DNA from: Balanoglossus misakiensis
Lineage: Eukaryota > Animalia > Hemichordata
Assembly: GCA_040954595.2 (NCBI GenBank)
Contig: CM082596.2
Span: forward strand, 9,320,461-9,384,460
Length of the DNA stretch: 64,000 bases
Direction of reading: 5' to 3'
The position numbers were made by a program, and so were the translations under genes. The notes below the pieces were generated by a model that saw only the letters and a list, made by a program, of their open reading frames with translations, ran no database searches and was not told the DNA's origin. This document shows positions 12,177-23,822 of the stretch, piece by piece (the first letter of the stretch is position 1; the number at the start of each line of letters is the position of its first letter).

Positions 12177-14420
12177 TTATTCTGTTCCGTCGTCATTTAA
12201 TGGAGGAAGAAAATTAGTCAGATGACAGCACACATGCCATATCTCATTTAACTGTCTGCACAGAGTTATGGGGATAGTCATTTGTAAAATTCTGAAATTC
12301 TTAACTCTCTCAATGGCCCTCTCTACATGAATTCTAAGGCGAGCAATCCGATGAGTTTCGGTTTCCTGTGGTAGTGTCATCTGACTACTTCCTCTCAGAA
12401 AAGGGGGATGGTTTACTCTTACTCCTATAGAGTCAAATACATCCTGTACTTCCAAGCCTTAATCAGCCATAATGTGTGAACCAGACAGAGAAGCAAACTT
12501 GTCAACCAAACCACATTTCTTGGTTAGCTCTTTATCGGTCACAGAACCAGCATACAGATCGGAAATGGACGCCACTGGCCCATGTGGTAAAATTCCAACA
12601 AGACCCTTAGCAGTATGGTTGTTTTTGTATTTAGAGAAAGTGATACTCTGTATGGCTAAACTGCTTGGGTGCTCAATGAAAATTTCCGTACAATCAACTA
12701 TAAGAAATGTATCCTCATATCCAAGAGAAGTGAAGACACAGGGGAGTTTTGAACGGACAAGATTTGTAGAGGGCCAAAGAGGAAGTTGAGAAAATTTATT
12801 AAACATAATATTGATCCAAGTTGAAAATACTCTGCTAACTGTTGACTCAGAAATATGGAATCTATGGGCCAGATCTTTTTCCAAGTAGCCCTGATGCAGT
12901 TTGTTAAGAGTGAGAAAGAGTTCATCGGCAAGTGCCAAACTTCTCTCTTTACCCCTTGGTGTAACATAAGAATTACCCTTGTATGTTGACCCCCAATAAT
13001 TAAATTTCCCATCACAACTTAAAAAAAATCAAAAATAGCAAGGAAACAAAAATAATCTGGTAATCCAGTGTAAAACCTAAAATCATCATTACTACACATA
13101 AATCGCCTCAAACCAAAACGCTCCATTTCTAGCTGCTGTTCAAGCTTCTTGTTCTTTTCTCTTTCTTCCTCCAGTTGTGTTTGTAAATGTGCCAATTTGT
13201 CTGGTGATCTGGATTTAGTCACAGGAACAGTCTGAATATAATAAAATTAATCCTATTAGAAAAAAATTGTAAACCGTAGTGTAGATGTCATAGTTCTTGC
13301 GTGATTCTTGCAATTTTCATAAATTTTGTATATTTGACATGGTTATTTTTACTTCCGGTTTACAAAGCTCTAAAAAGTTTAGGGTCGGCGGGCTAAAATT
13401 AGGGTAGGTCTGGTAATCGGAACAGCACATATTTTTTTATTTGGCCTAATGAATGTAAATTTTTAGTAAATGGCATGTAAATATGATTCTTGATTACATC
13501 AAAATCTTGACACAGTAACTGGTGCACTTACCCCATGTGGTTCTGAAGCCTGTTTAGATTGCAACTGTGCTAGTTTTACAGACAATTTTGGAGATTTCTC
13601 CTTTTGCTGGAACTCCACCTATTACAAAGATAATGGGCAATCAATATATGGCAACTGAATATATGGCTGACTAAAACTATAATCCATATGCAGTTGGATA
13701 CAATGTACTAACTTGTACTAGTAACATATCAATGGGACATTATTTCAATGGGGGATTCCCTTTAGGTAATCCCCTAAATACATTGTAGCTAATGGATACA
13801 TTGTACTCAACTAGGGATTCCCATCCCGGTTTCCCCAGCACGTTCGCATACGCACATAAACCGGTAGCCAAGATATGGGCTCGATCAACTTGCAAAAGTT
13901 TTATACACTTGCGCGGCGAGGTTTGACCAGAAACAAATGGCACGGCTAAAAACTAAAATATTTAAAATACGGTGTAAACCTTACCTCGTTATCTTCTGAA
14001 CATACGTTTACTTTCACTTCCGCTAATTTCTCCGACAGCGACATACCCCCGGCCCGGCTACCATTACCAATGTTGTTGTTGTTTGTAGAAAGAGGACTTC
14101 GCGTCTCTCTCCTCAATCTACACCGACCAGTTTGGACATTGCTTGGCCACGAAACACTACCATCACCGCACTTTTTGGGAAAAATCGTTGGAATATTGCG
14201 GAGTTTTGTTTTTACACCGCCCTGGAAGTGACGACTGCATATACATACGTCGTTCAAATCGCTTTGTTTTTTTCACGTCAGACCTCGCCAATAATATTCT
14301 TCTTTTCCATATTGTTTGCACATGCTTGGGTTGATGTTTTAGATTAAAGAATCGTACGCCTTTTGATCGCTGGTAGGACTTCTCTGGACAATGTGCTATT
14401 GCACACAAGTAACGTCCCAT
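12177..14420 (-). pseudogene. ISL2EU transposase: THAP + HTH + DDE_Tnp_4-type catalytic domain
   Basis: THAP signature (CAIAHC..W..ICSRHF..PTIFP); exons 14420-13985, 13618-13533, 13232-12177. Motifs FRFYTGLP, DLAHRFHISESTVSRVF, IVDCTEIFIE, FSKYKNNHTAK, MAD*G, IARLRIHVERAIERVKNF. Frameshifts and a stop at 12459. Confidence 0.9.
13300..13446 (-). mobile_element. Partial GGCC-ended MITE in the transposase intron
   Basis: Ends GGTAATCGGAACAGCACATATTTTTTTATTTGGCC|TAA; inverted homolog of 45291-45526. Confidence 0.6.
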
Positions 14421-15182
14421 ATTTGCATCTCAAAACAATGGCGACCCTCGATGACCTTAGCAACCTGTACCCCTGAGGACAACAATTCTTTACTATCAAT
14501 CACGTGATCTGGCAATGTGCCCCATGGCGCAGTCATTTCCAGATGACGGGCAAGCAATATTTCGGCATCCAGTAAAAGTTTTTCCGAGTATGTTTTTACT
14601 TTAGAACCGCCAGACACATAACATGTATCGGGTATGTTGCCTCATCAGCCTCATTGCATTTCGTCTGCACAGTCTTTGTCTGCACCACGTAAGTCCACGT
14701 TGTTGAAGTTGCCGGTCATCTGGAAATTTGAATGCGAACGTAACTGCCGTCTGAGCGCGTCTGACGTCATTTGATAGCGAAGAATGCATTGCGGCTATGA
14801 CGTCATCGCCATCTTTATGCAAGTAGGCCATTGGAATACGTCCATTGCGAATTTGATATTTGAGCGACGGGTCTTGTATCATGTGTGTGAGACCCGTACA
14901 CAGTAACCAATTGCATTTTCTTGTTATGTGTTTTAACTCATTATTACTTTTTAACATGTCGTCGCCGGTAATGTGGCGAAATGCGTTCGTCCAGCCCAAT
15001 TTTAGTGTACAAATTACGGGCACAAACGTTCAGTATAAACCCATATATTAGGGTCTCAGGGGCATTTTAAGTTTGATTTTCCGAAATCTTATCTTATTAA
15101 GTCTTTCTGGTTTTGAAAATTAAACATGTGAGATTAACACATCGTCAAGCTACAATTAGACTTCACGTCCACTAAACTTTAG

Positions 15183-15455
15183 GTAAACTGGAACGAGGAT
15201 GTGAAGATGAAACTGTCACCCTGACATGTCCTGATGGAGTCATAAAGGTGTTATCAGCAAACTATGGTCGAACAGAAAGTGACGTCTGTGGGTATGAATC
15301 GGTCACTAACTGCAGATCAACGGACAGTCTCAGTATTGTGTCGAGTCTGTGTGATGGCAGGGCTACATGCAGCGTTACTGCCTCAAATAGTGTTTTTGAT
15401 GACCCCTGCTCATAGAGTATCAAGTGCCTGGATGTCTACTATGAATGTGTATCAG
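15183..15455 (+). pseudogene. SUEL/galactose-rhamnose-binding lectin domain exon 1 (in-frame stop)
   Basis: AG|..|GT 273-bp phase 1-1 exon: GCEDETVTLTCPDGVIKVLSANYGRTESDVCG..CDGRATCSVTASNSVFDDPCS*SIKCLDVYYEC. Contains the ANYGR and DPC motifs; TAG at 15413-15415. Confidence 0.9.
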
Positions 15456-16097
15456 GTTGGTATTTCGATATGAATCATCTTGATATCAAAATTCGCTCGG
15501 CAGCACTAGGTGACCCCCTGAACTACCTTGTTACAGCTCACAATAACAAGTCCATATACATAACAACTGGCTATTGTGCAAGGCATTGTAAAGATCCACT
15601 TCACCGCCTGCCTCCATTTACTGTTTGTTTGTAGTATCCGTCACTCTGCACATGTCCAGTTCAAGTTTTCGTTCAAAGAGAGTACAAACATTGCCTTTGC
15701 TGGACATTTTTAACTTGAAGAGTGCAATTTATTACTGGACTTTGGTAAACTTCGCCTCGGTACGAATATTTCAACGGTTAATCTCACCCTCAGTCTGGCA
15801 GTAAGCTTAGCAAAAACGTATCTGACTCTCCAGCATCAGTGTGATTTAACATTTTCGTGTCCTCTCGAAGGAAACATTTAAAATTTATACAAACTTGCTA
15901 TTTTACCAAATATGCGTGGATAATGATATTCGGAGGTGGCTATATACATTTTCAAGACCCTGACTTGCAGCTACTAGTTTGTTTTCGTTATTTAGTTTTA
16001 CATGTGTGTTGTATGCGGTCGGTTCATAATGGATTATTGCATTGAATTTTTTCTGCCACGGCTACAATTTTTTGTCTTTCTTTCCTTTTCATTTAAG

Positions 16098-16351
16098 ACA
16101 AGCTGGAACAGGGATGTGAAAATGAAACTGTCACTCTGACATGCCAGGGTGGTACCATAAAGGTGTTGTCAGCAAACTATGGTCGCACAGAAAGTGACGT
16201 CTGTGGGAATGAATCTGTCACTGACTGCAGATCAACGGACAGTCACAGTATTGTGTCGAGTCTGTGTGATGGCATGGCTACGTGCAGCGTTACTGCCTCA
16301 AATAGTGTGTTTGGTGACCCCTGCTCCTGGATCACCAAGTACTTAGAAGTA
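16098..16351 (+). pseudogene. SUEL lectin domain exon 2 (3' end truncated by a MITE)
   Basis: Close paralog of exon 1: SANYGRTESDVCG..FGDPCSWITKYLEV, then an abrupt switch to MITE sequence before the final Y.C. Confidence 0.85.
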
Positions 16352-17002
16352 AGCATCGGGGGTGCATGGGGTGGGAAGAAGTCTGACCTAGTACACTAGA
16401 CAAACCAGCGAATACATGATATGTGGCGAAGAACGGAGGGGGTTGGTGTGTCAAAGGGGGGGGGGGTCATTAGAAAATTTTGTAAAATATGTAGCTCAAA
16501 GTTGCATTTTTATGAACTCAAAAGCAAATTATCTCAATGTTTGGGAGGACCAATTTTACTTTTTGCCACTCAACTGAAAGTTAGAAGATTTGGCGTCATC
16601 TTCGTCATGACATCATTTATAAAACTTCTAGTATATAGAAGATGCAGCGCGAAACTATTAGTTATGCGAAATGGTTTAAACGATTATTCTCCCTTATGTA
16701 TTTAATTTGTTAAATATTATCATCGGTGGGGTTGGGGTGGCAAGCACTCTGCCCTGGTACACTAGACAAACAGCAACAAATTGAAATGTGGCGGAGAATG
16801 AAGGGGGTGAAACTTTTGTAAAATAAAGGGCGCGAAACTGCAATTTTCTGGACTCAAAAGCAAAAGTTTGGTGGCAAAAGTATGTGACCACCCTTTAAAC
16901 GTTTCAAAAAAACAGATGACCCCCACTTTTGGAGTTCAAAATTTAAGTGACCCCCCCCCTGGATTTTGCCCCCCCCCCCGGCCGTAAAAACTGAACGGTC
17001 AC
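16352..17002 (-). mobile_element. Partial Harbinger-like MITE
   Basis: Ends GCCGTAAAAACTGAACGGTCAC|TAA; internal sequence is an inverted homolog of 50634-51110. Confidence 0.7.
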
Positions 17003-17343
17003 TAAGCTTTCCTGTCAATATGTATGCCGCATTTATTGACATGTTTATGTCAAAAGCAAATAAAGGTTTCATATTCTCCATGCTTCTTTGAGTTGTGAGT
17101 GAACCAATCAGCAACTCTTTTATTACGATACTGGAGGCCACCAGCCCAAAAGTATACATGTCACATAAAAAAGTTCAAATATTAAGGAAGCAAAATCATC
17201 AATCACAAAATGAACAAATAGATAAATAACACTGTATGTAAGAGAACACATAGAAGTTCTCATGATACTCATTCAAATGTACAGGTCATTATACACTGTA
17301 AGAGAACACATAGAAGTTCTCATGCATTCAAATGTACAGGTCA

Positions 17344-20208
17344 TTATACCCAACAGTTCCACTCCAATTTATCATTTATAATTTTCCACACTTCTGAGGC
17401 AATGTGCGAGTCAAACACAAAGTCTGTAAGAATGTCATCCTTACAATGAATGTAGGGAATATTGCCTACTATGTCAGAAATGACAGCATCTGTTAACCCA
17501 GTCATTACTATTGCTGAAATTAAACCCCTGGACATTGAATCTCTATATGTGATCAAGTCTTGTTTGATTATCTGTTTTTGTTCTTCAGTAACATAATTAG
17601 TTAGGCAGTCCTGCTGTTCAACATCTTTAGAAGCTGCACCCAGTTCCTCATCAGTAAGTCTCACTGGGATCAAACCAGGATATATAGGGCATTCCCCACA
17701 TTCACATCGTCCATAGCAAATGTCACAACATAGATGGCCCTGAGAAATATTAATTTGTTTGTTTTGTCCAAAATGTTTCAAAAGGATATCTCTTCGACAT
17801 CTGTCATCTGAAATGCAAAATTTTCTCATTTGGCTAACAGTGGCAACTCTGCTCACATCTCTTAGTTGATAGTAAAAATGCCTGTGTTCCATCCCTTCCT
17901 GCCCTGCCTGATTCCTGTGCAAAACCTTCAAAGGATCTGAAAGCTCCCCAATGAATGATCATGTGGACATCCGGACATCCACTCCCATACCGAATGCAAT
18001 AGTAGCTGTTATTACTCTCAACTTGGATTCAGTCTTGTCGAATGATTTTTCAATGAATCTTTTATTTTTGACTGGTGTGGAGTGGTGGTACATTGTAAAC
18101 AGTGCATTCCGAATTGTTGGTGTCCCAATCCATGATTCATCATTTAATTCACTGACAAAAAACTTGTACAAATGTGCACAAGATTTGATATTTCGGCAGT
18201 AAATTATGTGTTTCTTAGTTTCTGTCTTCATGTATCTCAGAAAATCAGTAAGCCAATAGAATGTGTCAGCAATTGATGTTGGAGCCTGTATTGTTAGGTA
18301 GAATATATTGTGGTGGTCAAGATCACATGTTACCAGCTCACATTTTTCCATGCTTAGGATTTTCTTTATTTCAGATCTCATCTCTGGAGTTGCAGTTGCA
18401 GTGAGTGCTACCATGCTAGCTCTTGGAAGAAGACTCCGTAGTTCACCGATGCAAGCATAGTCTTTTCGAAAATCTTTACCCCTGAACAATTGAAAATAAC
18501 AATAGACATGTCAACATTTTTAAGATCATAAAAGCTGTGTGTGTATTCATCTCTATTTCAGCACATTCAGCACCAGTTCATTTTAAGGTGGCATTGCATG
18601 AAACCGTCGAGACTTTTTCAGAGGCCTATTTCTCATCAAAGACAACGTTAAAACCCCCATAAACCATATATATTCTGGAAGCTGAGTTTCTGAACTTTTG
18701 TTTGAGTTGCAAATATTATTGATCTCCGGAAATGGCGGCGATTTTGGGTTAAAAAAAACATTTTTGATATTATGTCATTAAATTTAAATTAGGTAAAAAA
18801 GTTGACCATGCATCATGCATCTTAATATGTCATTCGAAACTAGAGTACACATGCAAAAAAACGGTAATTTTTTTTGCGTTATCTGCTTCCATTAGGGAGT
18901 AACAGCGTTTGAAAGTTAGATTTTTAGTAAGATTTGATCAAATTCATGGTGAGTTGTATTGAATCAGAGTTTATTCCCGCCAGGGACACTTTATCGGCTA
19001 ACAAAATTACCGTTTTGTTGTATGGGTCATACACAATCCCCTGTTAAAATTTGAGCAAATTCGGCCTACGCAGAGCGAAGCTATTTTCGTCCGAAGTTGT
19101 ATATACACGTACCACTGAACAACACAGTGTGCTTCATCAACAACAATGGAATGAATGGTGTCTCTGTACTATGCTTGTCATAGATGATTTCTCGAATTAC
19201 CACTAAATAGGGCTTCTGGACTGAGCAGCATGATGTCACAATCTCTATCTGTAAAAGAAAAATATGTGATGCTATTAATAACATACTCATATGGGATGCA
19301 TGAAAACACTTATTAAGAGATAATATTTCACATATTGGGTAACTGCAGTTCTGAGTGTCTATGAAGTACATCAATGTAGTATATGTACATACTTAATTAA
19401 CATAGGGTCATATAAGTCATGCTAATAGATTGGTATGGTGGATAGATAATGTGGTTGCAGCATTCTCCAAAATAGGTGAGATGTTTCACTTGACATTACA
19501 TTTTACAAATCAAAATATGAAATCATACATGAGCATAATGAAACAAACCTGTACTATAGCCTTGTTGTTTGCTCAGCTGTACTGCACTAACTCCCATCAT
19601 GTTGAGACGCTGCACCTGGTCAGCCATAAGGGACACCAGTGGAGATAACACTAGTTCTTTATGATTCATCGGAGGGTTGTGGTATGTTTGGTAACAATTC
19701 ATATATTATTGTTTTCCCATAGCCGGTAGGCAATACTGCCATGACATCATTACCATTCACAAGTTGCCTAATAAGCACTCAACTTGTCTATCCTGATGGA
19801 AAATACATTAAAAAACGAGGTTTTATAGGCCCTATATGACAGCACAACATTAATAAAAATTCACCAATGTACTCACGAAAAATAATCATTCAATTTTAAA
19901 CATCAAACGTTCAACACTGAAAAATACTCGCATGAAATAACTTAAAGTGTCACATTGAAGAATACTTAAATAACCCTGAACAGCACGTGCAGTGTCAGAT
20001 ATTCTCTGCCGTGCAACTGAGTTCAATTGTGATATGATGAAATAATCTAGCAAACAAGTATTTTGAGAAATTAAACTATACCTAACAGATCAAGAAATTC
20101 CTACCTTCAACTTGTATGATAAATTGTACAAGGTTAAAGATGCTTCAATTGCAGCGTACAATCGGTCTCCATCGATGGATGTCGCCGAAGTTTTTGCTGG
20201 ATGTCGCC
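17344..20208 (-). pseudogene. RecQ-family helicase of a second AcademH element (intron-containing, frameshifted)
   Basis: Approximate exons 20208-20105, 19792-19549 (AVLPTGYGKTIIY, SPLVSLMADQV), 19250-19112 (IVVDEAHCVVQW) and 18481-17344 (GKDFRKDY, ALTATAT, IIYCR, ATIAFGMGVD, CRRDILLKHF..CCDIC Zn-binding). Confidence 0.9.
18586..19075. mobile_element. Possible Kolobok-like MITE fragment in a helicase intron
   Basis: Starts TTAA|GGTGGCATTGCATG; no matching right TIR was seen. Confidence 0.3.
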
Positions 20209-20313
20209 AGTTTGGTCGAGTTGCAGTTACCCGGGTCACACTGACAGCTCAGCCAATCAGCGGATGATCAAAATCCTGACATCGGCCATTTTGTTTTACA
20301 AAGCTTTCAATAG

Positions 20314-20761
20314 TTGCCTCTCAAGAGGGCGCTAACAATGACCTTTGGCTTTTCAGAGACGTGGTCAAGATGTCTCTCCAAATCCGTTTGAGCTCGCGCT
20401 CTGATTCGCTAGTATCATGCAGATGTTGCTTCATGTGATTGGCTAACGTCCTTGTCACGTGAAGAGGCATACGTGTGGAACAGACGTTCGGAACAACAAA
20501 CGACACTTGTACGCGTAAATTATGTAAAATAATTCGGATTATCTCAATTTTTGGCGATCGATCTATAAAAATGAAATTGTGAAGTAAGTAGGCAACCATG
20601 GTGATACTTCTGGTGGAACGCCATTGACGAATCAGTTACCTTCCCCTAAATCGAACGCCACTTCAGCGCTCTGATGGGTTGAGCGAAACGGATTTGGAGA
20701 GACATCTTGACCGCGTCTCTGAAAAGCCAAAGGTCATTGATGGCGCGTTCTTGAGAGGCAA
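20314..20761. mobile_element. MITE with ~70-bp TIRs and 9-bp TSD (probably AcademH-mobilised)
   Basis: TTGCCTCTCAAGA..CAATGACCTTTGGCTTTTCAGAGAC.. and its reverse complement; perfect TSD TTTCAATAG (20305-20313, 20762-20770). Confidence 0.85.
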
Positions 20762-20878
20762 TTTCAATAGTATTTCCCCAGACCCTTTTCTGGAGACCAT
20801 CGGAAGAGCAAAGGCGTCTGGGTAACCGAGACTACGTCAAGTCTAGAGAGCTGCATCGAAATTGTCCTCAAATTCATA

Positions 20879-21422
20879 TTATATTATATCATGCTACCGT
20901 CCGCGATTCTGATTGGACGAAAGCGATGGTAAAATACTGTTTTACCACTGCTGGCAGTGGTAAAACGGACTCCTGAATCAGCATGCAACAGGGAAAATGT
21001 GCGGTTATACCACAGTCGCGCGGGAATAAACCAAATAACTAGCATAAAAACACTTGAATTTACGGACGTTTTATTTTGGAACTGCTCTGCTCTGAATATT
21101 TTGCACTTCTGTCACTTTTTGTCGTCTGCTTCATGTTTAATGCTCGATCCCGGGCCACTCGAGTTTACATTCACCGTCGCCATGTTGGTTCACGATCGTA
21201 ACTTCTTTTTCTAACACTGTTTCGTTAAGAAAATGACACCGATATGCCACAAAAATCAATTGTTGATATAATATAATAGCAATAACCCCCGCCTCAGTCG
21301 GGTATACACTCGATTTGGGTACAATTCGCTCCATATAGCACTCGCCTGACGGCTCGTGCTATATGTCTCGAATTGTACCCAAATCTCGCGTATACCCGCC
21401 TGTGGCGGGGGTTATTGCTTAA
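20879..21422. mobile_element. Hairpin-ended non-autonomous element (Crypton-like)
   Basis: ~140-bp imperfect palindrome at 21278-21419. Terminal TTATATTATATCA (20879) is inverted against internal TGATATAATATAA (21264). A partial homolog lies at ~33030-33350. Confidence 0.6.
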
Positions 21423-22294
21423 TTCTGACTAAGTCATTCACAGCCCAGGTTTCCGCCAGAAGACGGACATTTACGATATATGAAAATGTTTGCTTACAAT
21501 ATTATATTACAAAATAATTATACTTACTTATAGTGACATAACTCTGAAAAATAGTGCATGTTTCTATTGTTTCGGAAATAATTATTGTGTTTTTAGTCTG
21601 AACTGGAGAAGAGAATCCCCAAACAAATAAGCGGTCTTGCGGATTGCATTTCGTATGCGTATTCCGAAGCGTACCGTAAATGTCCTTATCGGTAACAGGT
21701 CACTTCGACTCCTGACCATTTTGACCCCAGTGATTCACACCTCTTTATCTGTCTTGAAATTGTTTGTGAATGAAATTATCAACATGGCTTCGCACATTAT
21801 GTTTTGTAATGTGTTGTAATTTCATGTGCGTCCCTGATTAATTGTAGTATTTCCTGTATTTGCTGCAGTTCTGCAGCCCCTCCTGGATATGAATGGTATT
21901 GCGCGCAGTATAAAACGAGTATGTCTCGGCAATGTGTGGCAGGGATGCGTGTTCGCAGTTACGAAAACCTCTAGCCTCTACAGACTGGAGGTTTTCGTAA
22001 CGAAAAAACATTGTAAGCCACCTTTGATAAAAAACGGTTGTCAACGTACGTAAAAAAGAAATATTTGCATCAAAACATTTAAATACATTGTGGTACTTGT
22101 GATCTCTAGAGCTTCAAGGGTACAGTTATCAATCGTTGGTTCTCATTTGCTGCACCCGCGTGGTGCTCGTCGGCACTACGTGTCGGTACGAAAACGTATC
22201 TTATCGACACGAACACGATAACTTTGCGATTAAATTCAAATTTTCGACTTATTCGCCCTAGTGCTTTATCAAATGGTCTGAAATGTTGACGGCA

Positions 22295-23822
22295 AGTCTG
22301 TGTTATGCAAATAACAAGACGGTGTTTGGAAGCAACCATGGATATTTTAGAACAAACAGTCGACCTACAGATTCACCGGAAAACTTTCTTATTCGCTCGG
22401 ACCTATGTGTTCTACGCATCACAACGGAATATGCAAATAACGAGACGGTCTTTGGAAGCAGCAATGGATATTTTAGAACAAACAGTCGACCAACAGAGTA
22501 TACCGGAAAACTTTCTTATTCGCTCGGACCTGTGTGTTCTACGCATCACAACTGAATATGCAAAAAACGAGACGTATATGCAAAAAATGGCGGTCGGCCT
22601 TTATCTGCGTCTATCTTCGTGACGCGTCTTTTTGCCAAGTCACGTGAGACGCAGTGTTCAGCGAATCTACAGAGTCTACCGGAAAACTTTCTTATTCGCT
22701 CGGACCTATGTGTTCTACGCATCACAACGGAATATGCAAATAACGAGACGGCGTTTGGAAGCAACCATGGATATTTTAGAACAAACAGTCGATCTACAGA
22801 GTCTACCGGGAAACTTTCTTATTTCGCTCGGACCTATGTGTTCTACGCATCACAACGGAATATGCAAATAACGAGACGGTGTTTGGAAGCATCCATGGAT
22901 ATTTTAGAACAAACAGTCGATCTACAGAGTCTACCAGGAAACTTTCTTATTCGCTCGGACCTATGTGTTCTACGCATCACAACGGAATATGCAAATAACG
23001 AGACGGCGTTTGGAAGCAACCATGGATATTTTAGAACAAACAGTCGATCTACAGTCTACCGGGAAACTTTCTTATTTCGCTCGGACCTATGTGTTCTACG
23101 CATCACAACGGAATATGCAAATAACGAGACGGTGTTTGGAAGCAACCATGGATATTTTAGAACAAACAGTCGATCTACAGAGTCTACCGGAAAACTTTCT
23201 TATTCGCTCGGACCTGTGTGTTCTACGCATCACAACGGAATATGCAAATAACGAGACAGCGTTTGGAAGCAACCATGGATATTTTAGAACAAACAGTCGA
23301 TCTACAGAGTCTACCGGAAAACTTTCTTATTCGCTCGGACCTGTGTGTTCTACGCATCACAACGGAATATGCAAATAACAAGACAGCGTTTGGCAGCATC
23401 CATGGATATTTTAGAACAAACAGTCGATCTACAGAGTCTACCGGAAAACTTTCTTATTCGCTCGGACCTGTGTGTTCTACGCATCACAACGGAATATGCA
23501 AATAACGAGACGGCGTTTGGAAGCAGCCATGGATATTTTAGAACAAACAGTCGATCTACAGAGTCTACCGGAAAACTTTCTTATTCGCTCGGACCTGTGT
23601 GTTCTACGCATCACAACGGAATATGCAAATAACAAGACAGCGTTTGGCAGCATCCATGGATATTTTAGAACAAACAGTCGATCTACAGAGTCTACCGGAA
23701 AACTTTCTTATTCGCTCGGACCTGTGTGTTCTACGCATCACAACGGAATATGCAAATAACGAGACGGCGTTTGGAAGCAGCCATGGATATTTTAGAACAA
23801 ACCGTCGATCTACAGAGTCTAC
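22295..23822 (+). repeat. 127-bp tandem array (~11 units) with one ~100-bp interruption
   Basis: Unit GTCTACCGGAAAACTTTCTTATTCGCTCGGACCT.TGTGTTCTACGCATCACAACGGAATATGCAAATAAC..; ORF starts 23218/23345/23472/23599 are 127 bp apart. Confidence 0.95.

Larger units (their letters stand above)
9130..14523. mobile_element. Degenerate ISL2EU (PIF/Harbinger-related) DNA transposon, left end lost
   Basis: Convergent THAP-HTH-DDE transposase and SAP-SWIM-YqaJ exonuclease genes, the known ISL2EU gene pair. Candidate right terminus ...CACGTGATCTGGCAATGTGCCCC|AT at 14523. No matching left TIR was found. Confidence 0.85.
17003..20834. mobile_element. Truncated AcademH-type element (one terminus preserved)
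   Basis: Right end GGCGTCTGGGTAACCGAGACTA (reverse complement TAGTCTCGG...) ~600 bp upstream of the helicase. The left boundary is uncertain and no transposase was recognised. Confidence 0.65.

Noticed and set aside
14615-14655. Minus-strand CTGATGAG..CGATA hammerhead-like motif
   Set aside because: GAAA is not conserved and the stems do not pair.
14526-14829. Alternative ISL2EU terminus ending GCAAGTAGGCC|AT
   Set aside because: No matching inverted partner was found; it may belong to another fragment.
22295-23822. Retrozyme interpretation of the tandem arrays (also 59069-60250)
   Set aside because: No CTGANGA/GAAA hammerhead core was found on either strand of either unit.
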